A stretch of 64,000 nt of DNA from Methylovirgula sp. (GTDB lineage: Bacteria; Pseudomonadota; Alphaproteobacteria; Rhizobiales; Beijerinckiaceae): NCBI GenBank assembly GCA_052144065.1, contig JBKQRA010000144.1, forward strand, positions 2,488 through 66,487. Reading direction: 5' to 3'. The notes under the pieces are model-generated. The model saw only the letters and a program-made list of their open reading frames with translations, made no database searches and was not told the DNA's origin. Below are positions 34,463 through 44,882 of the stretch, one piece after another; position 1 is the first letter of the stretch; each line of letters opens with the position of its first letter. A program made the position numbers and the translations under genes.

Positions 34463-36838
34463 TTGGCAGTGTATACTAAGATCGACTATGAAACGGATGT
34501 CGGAACACAAAGTACTGATCCGGTAGATAGGAATAATTCCAAGTCAGAATACATAAAATCCCAGATCCGCTCACCGCGCTCGACCTCCGTCCTCGGTCTC
34601 GCGTCGCTGTTTCTGATGGGCACGCCGGCGTTGGCTCAAGAGGCGGGCGAAGGGGGCGCCGTGCAATTGGAGCAGGTGGATGTCGCGGGCGAAAAGGGCA
34701 CAGCCTACAATCCGGGTACGATCTCGCTCCAGCGTCTGCCGACGCCGATCCTCGATACGCCGGCGACGATCAATGTGATCCCGCAGCAGGTGCTGCAGGA
34801 TCAGCACGTATCGACGGTCGTCGAGGGCTTGCACAATTCGCCGGGCATCACCTTCTTCGGCGGCGAGGGCGGCACGCAGGGCGACAATATCAACATTCGC
34901 GGCTATTCCGCCCGCAACGATTTCTATCGCGACGGCATTCGCGATCCCGGCTGGTACACCCGCGATGCCTTCAGCGTACAAGACATCGAAGTGTTGAAGG
35001 GGCCGGCTTCCTTCCTCTTCGGTCGCGGCTCGACGGGCGGCGTCGTCAATATGACGAGCAAGCTGCCGAAATTCGCCGAATTCACCACGATTGAAATGAG
35101 CGGCTATAGCGCGCCGGGTGCGCGCGTCACGGCCGACATCAATCGCATGGTCGGCGACAACGCGGCCGCGCGCATCGTCCTCCTCGGCAACGATACGGGC
35201 GTCGCGGGCAGAGACAATATCGTGACGAAAAGGATCGGCGTCGCGCCGTCCTTCACGGTCAATATGGCTCAAGATTGGAAGATGACGCTGAGCTACATCT
35301 TCCAGAAGGACGATAATGTTCCAGACTACGGCATTCCAATCCTTCCGGGATCCTATTTCGGAACGCCATATGGGCAGCCGGCGCCGGTTTCAAGCAGCAC
35401 CTATTACGGGCGATTGAGTTCGACGCTCCCCGACACGGAGCAGGTCGACGCGCATATCATCACCATGCGGATCGATCATGATTTGAGCGCCGATTGGAAG
35501 GTGAGCAATGAAACACGCTATTCCTATATCGATCGCTTCGTGCGCATCCGCGCCGTCCAGATCGGCAGCCAGGCCGTCGGATCGACGCCGAATCTCTATA
35601 GTGCGGCGAGCGGCGGCGTTCTGCTCAATCCCGTCCCTTATGACTATCCGCTCTCAAACCTCTATGTCGCCAACACCAACGACTTCCAGAACCATACGCA
35701 AAATGCACTGCTGACCAATCAGACTGATCTCGTCGGCCATTTCTCGACATGGTTTCTGCAGCACACTTTCATGAGTGGCATCGAGCTCAGCCAGGAGAAC
35801 CGCAGCCAGTATCGCACGACGCTTGTGCGGGGCGATCTCGTCAATATCGGCGATCCCAATCCCTATCCGTCTAATCCCGGCTCATATCCGGCGACGAGCA
35901 CGTTGCAGTCGGATATTTCGCGCACGGTTGGCGTTTATTTGAGCGATCAGGTCAAGGTCAATCGATATCTCGAACTGCTCGGTGGTCTGCGCTACGATTC
36001 CTTCGAGGCCTGGCAATATGCGGCGACCGTCCTCAGCAATACTTACACTGCGACCGGCCAGTATAATGCGACAACGCCCTATAATCTCTCCAATCCCGTC
36101 ACTTTTGTGAGCTGGCGCGCTGGGCCTGTCGTGCATCCGACGGAAAACTCCAGCGTCTATCTCATGTATGGCACCTCATTCGATCCGCCGAGCGAATATC
36201 TGACGCTCAGCGGCGGCCAGCAGAATTTGGCGCCGACGACCAATGCGACGATGGAGCTCGGCAGCAAGATCAATCTGCTTGGTGATCGCCTGAGCCTGAA
36301 CGGGGCTTTGTTCCGCACCACGCAGCAGAACGCGATCGAGGCGGTGAACTCGGCGCTTGGCCTCTATGCCGAGGTCGGCACGACCCGCGTGCAAGGCTTC
36401 GAGCTTGGCATAGCGGGAAAGATCACGGATCAATGGAGCGCCTTTGGCGGCTATACCAATATGGCCGGCCGTGTGCTCGCGAGCGCGACGTCGCAGACGA
36501 CAGGCACCTTTGTCAGCGCGCCGGGCAATGGCTTGCAGAATGTGCCGCGCAATACGCTGACCTTTACGACAACCTATGCGCTGACGCCGAAATTCACCGT
36601 CGGCGGCACCGCCTATTTCGTCGACAAGCGATGGACGAGCAGCACCGACGTCGCGCTCGTGCCGGGCTATTGGCGCTTCGATGCGATGGCAAGCTACAAG
36701 GTCGACGAACATATGTCGCTGCAGCTCAATCTCATCAATCTCGCCAATACGACGAATTATGAGACGATCTCCGGCTATGGCTCGGCGACGCCGGGGCCAG
36801 GTCTCAGCGCCATCGTGACGGCGAAGATGACCTTCTAG
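34463..36838 (+). CDS. TonB-dependent siderophore receptor (Fiu/PiuA-like)
   Basis: Plug motifs TPATINVIPQ, INIRGY, IEVLKGPASFLFGRGSTGGVVN; barrel GGLRYD, LFRT, VPGYWRFDAMASY, NLINLAN; terminal Phe. Start uncertain. Confidence 0.92.
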   Translation: MAVYTKIDYETDVGTQSTDPVDRNNSKSEYIKSQIRSPRSTSVLGLASLFLMGTPALAQEAGEGGAVQLEQVDVAGEKGTAYNPGTISLQRLPTPILDTPATINVIPQQVLQDQHVSTVVEGLHNSPGITFFGGEGGTQGDNINIRGYSARNDFYRDGIRDPGWYTRDAFSVQDIEVLKGPASFLFGRGSTGGVVNMTSKLPKFAEFTTIEMSGYSAPGARVTADINRMVGDNAAARIVLLGNDTGVAGRDNIVTKRIGVAPSFTVNMAQDWKMTLSYIFQKDDNVPDYGIPILPGSYFGTPYGQPAPVSSSTYYGRLSSTLPDTEQVDAHIITMRIDHDLSADWKVSNETRYSYIDRFVRIRAVQIGSQAVGSTPNLYSAASGGVLLNPVPYDYPLSNLYVANTNDFQNHTQNALLTNQTDLVGHFSTWFLQHTFMSGIELSQENRSQYRTTLVRGDLVNIGDPNPYPSNPGSYPATSTLQSDISRTVGVYLSDQVKVNRYLELLGGLRYDSFEAWQYAATVLSNTYTATGQYNATTPYNLSNPVTFVSWRAGPVVHPTENSSVYLMYGTSFDPPSEYLTLSGGQQNLAPTTNATMELGSKINLLGDRLSLNGALFRTTQQNAIEAVNSALGLYAEVGTTRVQGFELGIAGKITDQWSAFGGYTNMAGRVLASATSQTTGTFVSAPGNGLQNVPRNTLTFTTTYALTPKFTVGGTAYFVDKRWTSSTDVALVPGYWRFDAMASYKVDEHMSLQLNLINLANTTNYETISGYGSATPGPGLSAIVTAKMTF

Positions 36839-36841
36839 TGC

Positions 36842-37822
36842 TCAGGTAAAGCCCACGACGGGATGCGGCACATAAGGGGCTTCCAGTGCCGTAATCTCGT
36901 CGGGGCTGAGCGTCACTTTGAGCGCGCCGACCGCATCGTCCAGGTGCTGCGGCTTGGTCGCGCCGATGATCGGCGCGGTGATTTCGCTCTTTTGCAGGAG
37001 CCAGGCGAGCGCGATCTGCGCGCGCGGCAGGCCGCGCGTCGCGGCAATCTTCGCGACGCGCGCGATCACCTGATGATCGGCTTCGACATTCGCATTGTAG
37101 AGCGTGCGGCCATATTCGTCAGTCTCGGTCCGTGCGGTCTTTTCATCGAGATCGCGGGTTAGCCGGCCGCGGGCGAGCGGGCTCCAGGGAATGACGCCGA
37201 TGCCTTCCGCTTTGCAGAGCGGCAGCATTTCGCGCTCTTCTTCGCGGTAGAGCAGGTTGAGGTGGTTCTGCATGGTCGCAAAGCGCGTCCAGCCATGGCG
37301 TTCGGAGATGCAGAGCGCCTTGGCGAATTGCCACGCATGCATGGAGGAGGCGCCGATATAGCGGACCTTGCCGGACTTCACGACATCATGCAGCGCTTCC
37401 AGTGTCTCTTCGAGCGGCGTGGCATAGTCGAAGCGATGGATCTGATAGAGATCGACGTAATCCATGCCGAGCCGTTTGAGGCTCGCATCGATGCCCTGGA
37501 AGATCGCTTTGCGCGAAAGACCGGAAAGATTGGGGCCCGTCTCATCGGCAAAGAAGACCTTGGTCGCGACGACGACCTGATCGCGCCGAGCAAATTCCTT
37601 CAAGGCGCGGCCGAGGATTTCCTCGCTCGATCCGGCCGAATAGCTGTTCGCCGTATCGAAGAAATTGATCCCATAATCCAGTGCCTTGCGAATGAAGGGC
37701 CGGGCCTCTTCTTCGGGCAGGGTCTATGCGTGTTTGCCGCGCTTCGGGTCGCCATAGCTCATGCAGCCGAGGCAGAGGCGCGAGACGTCGAGGCCGGTGT
37801 GACCGAGTTTCACATAGTTCAT
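36842..37822 (-). pseudogene. Aldo/keto reductase interrupted by an in-frame TAG at codon 33
   Basis: ATG 37822 gives MNYVKLGHTGLDVSRLCLGCMSYGDPKRGKHA*TLPEEEARPFIRKALDYGINFFDTANSYS..., continuing in frame into the 37603 ORF (VVVATK, YVDLYQIHR, WSPLARG). The TAG is at 37726-37724. Confidence 0.85.
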
Positions 37823-38009
37823 GCAAATGACCTTCATCCCGGCGGAAGCACCGGTCACTCATACGCGATATGCTCTAAAGCAAATTTATAGAGCTGATGA
37901 GCGCGAAGGCCATGGATCAAGGAGAATTGACCGCATATGGCGCATTTTTCCTCTGCGTGCCGGGGGGACGTCACGCAGAGGACGCAATGCAAATGGCGCA
38001 ACGAAGAGA

Positions 38010-38555
38010 TCAGGCGGCCTTGATCTCGATGGTCTTATCGTTCTTCATCGATTCAGCGGATTTCGGCAGTTTGACCGTCAGCACGCCTTTGGAAAAATTC
38101 GCCTCGATCTTGCTGACATCGACGCCGGCCGGGACTTGGAAGGACCGGCTGAATGCGCCGTAGCGGCGCTCGGACATGTAATAGTCCTTGTCCTTCTCTT
38201 CTTTCTCTTCCTTCTTCTCGCCCTTGATCAAGAGCACGCCATTGGAGAGCTTGACCTCGATATTCTTCTCGTCGAGGCCGGGCAATTCGGCGGTGATCTC
38301 ATAGTCCTTGTCGTGCTCGACGATATCGACGGCCGGCGCAACGCTGAAGCCGACATCATGCGGCCAAGCGAAATCGAAAAGAGACGACGGACGCGGCAAA
38401 CGCGATCCTGTTTCACGGAAGCGATCGAAGATCTGATCGACCTCGCGGCGGAGCGTATCGAGTGGCGCCCAGGGGTTGGCGGAGACACCGAAGAGATTGG
38501 GAAGCGACGCTTTCTTCTCTGTCTTGACCGGAATTTTGCTCGTGGACTCAGCCAT
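38010..38555 (-). CDS. Hsp20/alpha-crystallin small heat-shock protein
   Basis: PAVDIVE...YEITAELPGL...GVLLIKGEKKEEKEE...SERRYGAFSRSF...ANFSKGVLTVKLPK; AAGGAGG RBS. Confidence 0.95.
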   Translation of the reverse strand: MAESTSKIPVKTEKKASLPNLFGVSANPWAPLDTLRREVDQIFDRFRETGSRLPRPSSLFDFAWPHDVGFSVAPAVDIVEHDKDYEITAELPGLDEKNIEVKLSNGVLLIKGEKKEEKEEKDKDYYMSERRYGAFSRSFQVPAGVDVSKIEANFSKGVLTVKLPKSAESMKNDKTIEIKAA

Positions 38556-38757
38556 AACAATTCCTCCTTCATGAAAGCGGATGCCGCTTTAGGGACAGCT
38601 GCGTTTTAGCTCTCGACGCATCGTGCGGCGAGCGCTGCGCCTGCCGATTCATTGGCTCCGCTTAGCTTGCATTTGGTTGCGCCTGGCGCCGTCGCAAGGC
38701 TTCGCGGCTTCAAATCGACTGACGCCAAGATAAAATCGGTTTTTGCCAAGGCAGGAA

Positions 38758-38771
38758 TTGATTTGAATCAT
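38758..38771. promoter_or_regulatory. FNR/FixK box
   Basis: TTGAT-TTGA-ATCAT, one mismatch from consensus and 13/14 identical to the ccoN box; centred ~61 nt upstream of the PRTase ATG. Confidence 0.7.
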
Positions 38772-38825
38772 CTGCCTCGATCCTGAGCGGCGCATTGCTG
38801 AAACGCGTCATCACGAGATTGCCAC

Positions 38826-39479
38826 ATGCCCTTCAAAAATCGGGTCGAGGCAGGGCGAGAGCTTGCCCAGTCTTTGCTGAAATACCAGCCGATGCATCCC
38901 ATCGTTCTGGCCTTGCCGCGCGGCGGCGTACCCGTTGCGGCGGAAGTCGCAAGGGCGCTTCACGCTTCGCTCGATCTTGTTCTTGTGCGCAAGATCGGCC
39001 TACCTGGCCATGACGAATTGGCGATGGGCGCTATCGTTGACGGCGGCACGCCGATCACCGTGCGCAATGAAGACGTCATTGAAAGCGCCGGTGTCACCGA
39101 GCCGGAGTTTGCCGAAGTGCGTGATCGCGAGCTTGCGGAGATCGAGCGTCGCCGCGCGCGCTATATCGGCGCGCGTCCCCGCGCCGATGTGCGTGACCGC
39201 GTGGTCATCGTCGTCGATGACGGTATAGCGACGGGCGCGACCATGCGCGCCGGACTGCAAGCCTTGCGGCGGCGTGGACCAAAGATGTTGATCGTCGCGG
39301 TGCCGGTCGGCCCGGCCGATACGATGGCTGCGCTGCGCGACGAGGCCGACGAAGCGATCTGCCTGGAGGAATACGAATTTTTTGGTGCGATCGGCGCCTA
39401 TTATTCAGATTTCCGGCAGGTTTCCGATGATGAGGTCATCGCTGCATTGGCGCGATGTCCTGTAAAGCCCCTGCCATAG
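38826..39479 (+). CDS. Phosphoribosyltransferase family protein
   Basis: FKNRVEAGRELA, VLALPRGGVPVA, VRKIG.PG..ELAMGA, VIVVDDGIATGATM, VAVPV. Confidence 0.92.
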   Translation: MPFKNRVEAGRELAQSLLKYQPMHPIVLALPRGGVPVAAEVARALHASLDLVLVRKIGLPGHDELAMGAIVDGGTPITVRNEDVIESAGVTEPEFAEVRDRELAEIERRRARYIGARPRADVRDRVVIVVDDGIATGATMRAGLQALRRRGPKMLIVAVPVGPADTMAALRDEADEAICLEEYEFFGAIGAYYSDFRQVSDDEVIAALARCPVKPLP

Positions 39480-39565
39480 CGTCAATCCGGCGATCGCTTT
39501 TGTGATCGGTCTGCCGCTGTCCTATGCGCGGAAACGCGGTTGGCTGAAGATCTAATGCTCAGCAT

Positions 39566-39579
39566 TTGATTCATCGCAA
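39566..39579. promoter_or_regulatory. Possible degenerate FNR/FixK box upstream of mop
   Basis: TTGAT-TCAT-CGCAA. Confidence 0.25.
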
Positions 39580-39593
39580 ACGTCATCCTATGC

Positions 39594-39639
39594 GTCGCTA
39601 TATATATCTTATTGTTATATACAGTCGGCTATAGGACAT
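39594..39639 (+). promoter_or_regulatory. Putative ModE/Mo-box upstream of the TOBE gene
   Basis: GTCGCTATATA...TTGTTATATA-N8-TATAGGAC resembles ModE-type CGNTATATA half-sites; lies directly upstream of a molbindin gene. Confidence 0.45.
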
Positions 39640-39681
39640 CGAGGTGCCGATCAGGTCCCGAACGATAAGAAGGAATATGCG

Positions 39682-39891
39682 ATGAAGATTTCCGGACGTA
39701 ATTTCATTCAAGGCAAGGTCGTCGACCTTCAAAAGGGCTCGACGACGGCGCATGTTCATATCGAGATCGCCGGCGGCGTGATCTTGACGGCGTCGATCAC
39801 CAATGAAGCCGTCGATGATCTGAAGCTCGAGAAGGGCAAGCCGTGCCATGCCCTCATCAAATCATCCGATGTGATGGTCGCCGTCGACTAA
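39682..39891 (+). CDS. mop: Molybdenum-pterin binding protein (TOBE/molbindin)
   Basis: MKISGRN...G.V...KG...ASITNEAVDDLKLEKG...ALIKSSDVMV. Confidence 0.95.
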   Translation: MKISGRNFIQGKVVDLQKGSTTAHVHIEIAGGVILTASITNEAVDDLKLEKGKPCHALIKSSDVMVAVD

Positions 39892-39923
39892 GCTTGTCGA
39901 TTGAGCTTGGCGCTGCCAAGCCC

Positions 39924-41204
39924 TTAGAGAGAAGCGCGCCGGTTCGGTTCGTCGGCGCGCGTCACTTGTTGTTCGTTCGATCCTGTCGTCGTCACCCGCA
40001 TGCCGTCGATAAGACCGACCGGCGGATTGAGAATGATCTGATCGTTGGGTTTCAAGCCCGCCCGAACTTCGACATCAGCACCATTATCGGCCAGTACGTC
40101 GAGGTGGCGCAAATGTGCGACGCCATTTTCATAGACGGCAACGCTCAGCCCCGTCTTGTCGAAGATGATCGCCTGCGATGGCACGGTGATGACCGGTTGC
40201 GGCCGCGGCACCGCCAGATGCACGGTGCAATAGACGCCCGGCAAGAGCGTTCCATCCTTATTGTCCACGTCGACTTCGGTCAGAAGCGTACGCGTGCCCG
40301 GTTGTAGTGCGCGGGCATTGCGCGCGACCGTGCCTTTGAAGACGCGACCTGGAATCTCGGGAATCAGGACATCGGCGGATTCCCCGTCTTTGATGCCGAA
40401 TGCCGAATCCTGAGGCACGTAAACCTGGACGCGCAGCACGTCGCTGCGGACGATCGAGAATAGCGCAGTACCGCTTGAGATATCCGCCGTCACGAGGCTG
40501 CCGACGTCGATGTCGCGGGCGCTGACGACACCGTCGAAAGGCGCAATCACCTTCTCGAAGCCGGTGAGCTTTTCAAGCCGTAAGACCTGCGCCTGCTGCG
40601 CCTTCAGATTGGCCTCGGCGACCTTCACTGCTGCGCTCTGTGCATCGAAGGTCAGGCGGTCCGTGTCGCCCTGCTGCTTCGTCTGCCAGCCTTGCGCTAC
40701 GAGCTGCACTGTGCGGGCATTGGTGCGCTTGGCGAGTTCCTGATTGGCATTGGCCTGGGCGATGGAGGCCTGCAGCTGGACCAGCTGAGCGCGGGCCTGA
40801 AGCAGCTGCTGGTCGAGATCGGGCGCTGCGATGATTGCGAGCACGTCGCCGGCATGCACGCGGGTGCCGATGTCGACATTGCGCTTGGCGATATAGCCGG
40901 TTGCGCGGGCAAAGATGATGGCGCTGTCGAAGGCTTGGATGTTGCCGGGCAGGCTCAGCATGCGCGGCGCACTCGTCGCTTTGACTGCGGCGGTCCGCAC
41001 ATGCGGCACGAGGCTCTGCTGCTGTTGCAGCGTCTGTTCCGCGGCGGCCGAGCGCGCCGCATGTCCCCATACGCCATAGGCAGAGAGACCGATGAGAAGA
41101 GCCAGCGCTCCTATGCCGAACATCCAGCGGCCGGCTCCTCCGGACCGCCGTGCTTCATGTTCCCGCGCCAAGGGATCGGAACTCGGGGTGACGTCATCAC
41201 GCAT
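39924..41204 (-). CDS. RND efflux periplasmic adaptor subunit
   Basis: N-terminal TM, ARATGYI, VDIG..V..GD.LA, helical hairpin, APFDGVV, TRTLLTEV. Confidence 0.92.
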   Translation of the reverse strand: MRDDVTPSSDPLAREHEARRSGGAGRWMFGIGALALLIGLSAYGVWGHAARSAAAEQTLQQQQSLVPHVRTAAVKATSAPRMLSLPGNIQAFDSAIIFARATGYIAKRNVDIGTRVHAGDVLAIIAAPDLDQQLLQARAQLVQLQASIAQANANQELAKRTNARTVQLVAQGWQTKQQGDTDRLTFDAQSAAVKVAEANLKAQQAQVLRLEKLTGFEKVIAPFDGVVSARDIDVGSLVTADISSGTALFSIVRSDVLRVQVYVPQDSAFGIKDGESADVLIPEIPGRVFKGTVARNARALQPGTRTLLTEVDVDNKDGTLLPGVYCTVHLAVPRPQPVITVPSQAIIFDKTGLSVAVYENGVAHLRHLDVLADNGADVEVRAGLKPNDQIILNPPVGLIDGMRVTTTGSNEQQVTRADEPNRRASL

Positions 41205-41315
41205 TTTCCAGCATCCTCATCGCATCGGCTCCGTCGGGCAGGATCATAAGCGCCGCCATATTTGGCGCCAGCCTTGGAGCATCAATCTTTCGAAACCGAG
41301 CATAAATCATACTTA

Positions 41316-44300
41316 TCACGCTTCGCCGATCGGATGCGCTTCGCGCTTCTCGAAACGGCCCAGCAATGAATAGAGATAGGGCACGAACAGCAGGGTCGTG
41401 ACCGTGCCGATCAAGACGCCGCCGATGACGGCGCGCGCCAGTACGGCATTCTGCTCTTCACCGGGCGCGCCGATCGCCATCGGAATCATGCCGACGATCA
41501 TCGCCGCAGCCGTCATCAGAACCGGGCGGATACGGGTGCGGCCAGCGGCCCGCGCCGCATCCAGCGCGCTCATGCCCTCCTGGCGGCGTTCGCGGGCGAA
41601 GGTCACGAGCAGAATGGAATTCGCCGAGGCGACGCCGACCGACATGATCGCGCCCATCAGCGACGGCACGCTCAACGTCGTTCCGGTGACATAGAGCATC
41701 AGAAGAATGCCGGTGAAGGCGCCCGGCAGCGCGAGAATAACCGCGAGCGGATCGATGAAGCTCTGGAAGTTCACCACCATCAGCAGATAGACGAACACGG
41801 CCGCGAAGATCAGTCCGAGCTCGAGGTTGGCGAAGGCGGAATTCATGCTTTCGATCTGGCCGCGCACGGCGAAGTGATTGCCGGGCTTCAACTCATGCTG
41901 CAGACCGGTGAGGATCGCCGACATCCGTTTGGCGACCGAGCCGAGGTCGGCATCCTGCACCGAGGCGTAGACGTCATAGACGCCCTGGATGTTGGTGTGG
42001 TTGAAGACCGACTGCACTTGCTTGCGCTGCATCGTCGCGACATTGCCCAACACATTGGGGATGGGCGAGTTCACCGTCGCTTGGCTGACAAGCGGCACAT
42101 TGTTGAGGTCGTTGATGGTCGAAATCCTATATTCCGGCGTCTGCACCGCGAAATAGTAGGGAATGCCGTTCTTCGGATCCGTCCAGAAGTTCGGCGAGAC
42201 CTGCTCGGACGAGCTCAAGGTTATGTTGAGATTGTTGGCGATGGAATTGACCGTGAGCCCCAATTGCTCGGCGCGCGTCCGGTCGATCGCATAATAGAGT
42301 TGCGGCGCGTCGAGCTCCTGCTGGATATGGACATCGACGAGGCCTGGCACTTTCGACATCTGTTGTTGCAGCTGCTTGGCAATGCGCTTGTCGTCTTCCG
42401 CATCGCGCCCCTGGATCTGAACGTCGATCTGCGACGGAATGCCGAAATTCAGGATCTGCGTGACCATGTCGGCCGGCTGGAAATAAAAGAGGACGTCGGG
42501 AAAGTCCTTCTGCAGCTTTGCGCGGAGCTGCTTGATATAGCTGCTCGTCGGCGCATGGCCTTCCTTCAGCGCGACGAGAATCTGGCCGTCGTTCACGCCG
42601 ATCGTCGAGCCGTCGGTAAAAGCGAGATTATAAAGCCGCGCCGGCAGGCCGATGTTGTCGAGGACGAGTTCGAGATCTTTCGCCGGCACTTCCGAGCGGA
42701 TTTCCTGCTCGATCTGGTTGAAGATTTGTTCGGTGACTTCGATTCGGGTGCGTGCCGGGGCTCGCACATGAAGTTGAATCAGACCCGCATCGACCTGCGG
42801 GAAGAAATCGTTGCCGACATTGATGAACATCAGCGCCGCGCCGGCGAGGACGATGATTACGACGACGCCGACGATCAGATGATGGTGCAGCACGCCGTCG
42901 AGCACGATGGAATAGGATTGTCGGAATTTCTCGAATCCATCGTTGAAGCGCGCATGAAAGCGGTCGAGCCAATTTCCCGGTTGGCCGGACTCATGCCGCT
43001 CCTGTTCCGTGCGCAACAGCATACGGATGATGATCGGGGTAAGCGTACGCGAGATCACATAGGAGGTGATCATCGCGAAGACGACGGCTTCGCCGAGCGG
43101 CGTGAAGAGATAATGCGCGGCGCCTTGAAGAAAGAAGACCGCAAGAAACACGCTGCTGATGGCAAGCGTCGATACGAGCGTTGGCAGGGCGATGCCGGCC
43201 GAGCCTTCGAGGACGGCGGTATCGAACGCGACATGCTCCTCGAACAGACGGTGGGTGTTCTCGATCGCGACGGTCGAGTCATCGACGAGAATGCCGACCG
43301 CCAACGCGAGACCGCCGAGCGTCATCGTATTGATCGTCTGGCCGAGCGCCGAAAGGACCGCGATGGAGCTCAGGATCGACAGCGGGATCGATACCATGAC
43401 GATCAAGGTCGAGCGCCATGAGCCGAGGAAGATGAGGATCATCAAGGCGGTCAGCGCAGCGGCGATGGCGCCTTCGCGCAACACGCCGTTGATGGCTTCC
43501 TGCACGAAGACCGACTGATCGAACAGCATGTGCACTTCCATGCCGGGCGGCGCCGCCTTCTCGATTTCCGGCATGGCCGCCTTGACGCGATTGACGACAT
43601 CGAGCGTCGAGGCATTGCCGTTCTTGATGATCGTCAGCAGCACCGACCGGCGGCCATTGGTGTGGACGATGTTTTGCTGCACGGCCCAGCCGTCGCGGAC
43701 ATGCGCCACATCCTGCAGATGGATGGTGGTGGCACCGATCTGGCGGATCGGGATGCGGTTCAGCGCCTCGATCGAGGGCGCCATCGCATCGACGCTGACG
43801 ATATATTGCTTGTCGCCGATCTTCACGTCGCCGGAGGGCAGTGTGAGGCTCTGCGTGTTGACGGCATTGACGATATCGCTCGGGGTCAGGCCGTTGGCGC
43901 GCAGCGCATCCGGGTCGAGATCGACCATGATCTGGCGGTATTTGCCGCCATAGGGAGTCGGCAGGGTGATGCCCTGGATCGGCGCCAGCGCCTGGCGCAG
44001 CTGATAGATGCCGTAATCATATAATTGCTGCTCGTTCATCCGGTCCGAGCTCAAGCTCAATTGCAGGACGGGGACGGCCGAGGCGGAATATTGGACGATG
44101 ATCGGCGGCTGAATGCCCGACGGCATCAAGGCGCGGATCGAATTCGAGGCCGAGACGATCTGGGCGATCGCGAGATCGACGTTCACATCGGGCTGGAAGA
44201 AGATTTTCTCGACGGCAATGCCGGCGAGCGTTTGAGATTCGATATTCTTAATATTGTTGACGTTGGAGCTGATCGAATATTCGCTGTAGGTCGTGACGCG

Positions 44301-44483
44301 GGCCTGCATCTCCTGCGGCGTCAGACCGGTGTACTGCCAGATCACGCTGACGACAGGGATATTGATGCTCGGGAAGATGTCCTTCGGCGCCGAGAAGATC
44401 GCGCTGATACCGAGAAACAGGATCGCCAGCGCCATCACATAGAACGTATGTGGAAAGCGCAAAGCGAAACGAACTATGCCCAT
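41316..44483 (-). CDS. RND efflux permease (AcrB/CusA/NolG-like)
   Basis: 1055 aa; DIFPSINIPVV, GLALAVGILVDD, RIRPVLMT; two TM bundles with large periplasmic loops. Confidence 0.95.
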   Translation of the reverse strand: MGIVRFALRFPHTFYVMALAILFLGISAIFSAPKDIFPSINIPVVSVIWQYTGLTPQEMQARVTTYSEYSISSNVNNIKNIESQTLAGIAVEKIFFQPDVNVDLAIAQIVSASNSIRALMPSGIQPPIIVQYSASAVPVLQLSLSSDRMNEQQLYDYGIYQLRQALAPIQGITLPTPYGGKYRQIMVDLDPDALRANGLTPSDIVNAVNTQSLTLPSGDVKIGDKQYIVSVDAMAPSIEALNRIPIRQIGATTIHLQDVAHVRDGWAVQQNIVHTNGRRSVLLTIIKNGNASTLDVVNRVKAAMPEIEKAAPPGMEVHMLFDQSVFVQEAINGVLREGAIAAALTALMILIFLGSWRSTLIVMVSIPLSILSSIAVLSALGQTINTMTLGGLALAVGILVDDSTVAIENTHRLFEEHVAFDTAVLEGSAGIALPTLVSTLAISSVFLAVFFLQGAAHYLFTPLGEAVVFAMITSYVISRTLTPIIIRMLLRTEQERHESGQPGNWLDRFHARFNDGFEKFRQSYSIVLDGVLHHHLIVGVVVIIVLAGAALMFINVGNDFFPQVDAGLIQLHVRAPARTRIEVTEQIFNQIEQEIRSEVPAKDLELVLDNIGLPARLYNLAFTDGSTIGVNDGQILVALKEGHAPTSSYIKQLRAKLQKDFPDVLFYFQPADMVTQILNFGIPSQIDVQIQGRDAEDDKRIAKQLQQQMSKVPGLVDVHIQQELDAPQLYYAIDRTRAEQLGLTVNSIANNLNITLSSSEQVSPNFWTDPKNGIPYYFAVQTPEYRISTINDLNNVPLVSQATVNSPIPNVLGNVATMQRKQVQSVFNHTNIQGVYDVYASVQDADLGSVAKRMSAILTGLQHELKPGNHFAVRGQIESMNSAFANLELGLIFAAVFVYLLMVVNFQSFIDPLAVILALPGAFTGILLMLYVTGTTLSVPSLMGAIMSVGVASANSILLVTFARERRQEGMSALDAARAAGRTRIRPVLMTAAAMIVGMIPMAIGAPGEEQNAVLARAVIGGVLIGTVTTLLFVPYLYSLLGRFEKREAHPIGEA

Positions 44484-44882
44484 GCCTCAGCTCCATAGGG
44501 CCGATCCGATCGCCGCCCAGGGCAGCGATCCTGCAAAACACCGAATTGTAAGGGTGCGCAGCCAAACGATTCTTCGCCGGCGACCGGGGTAACCTAACCT
44601 AAATGTAGGGAATGCATTTCGCTTGTTCGATCTTGCTCATCTGCATTGCTTCGCAGCAAGATCTAACAGGCCAATGCCTATCTAATATTCAATTGTTTGT
44701 GACGCACTGCAACATGGTTGGAAGGGGCTGCGATTCATCTGCCACAGGATTATCCGAGGGCCCGGCATTGAAGGGCGACCCGCCCGACCCATAAATGAGA
44801 CAAGCTTGGCAGAAGTTGCACGAGACGATAGGCCAAGAGCCAAAATCCGGGCCGAGACACAGGCCAACGCATAGGCCAAAGC

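Noticed and set aside
37724-37726. Pyrrolysine or programmed amber readthrough in the aldo/keto reductase
   Set aside because: The position corresponds to a conserved Trp one substitution away, and no pyl genes are in view; simple nonsense mutation or error is more parsimonious.
41874-43421. 515-aa plus-strand ORF
   Set aside because: Antisense shadow of the RND permease.
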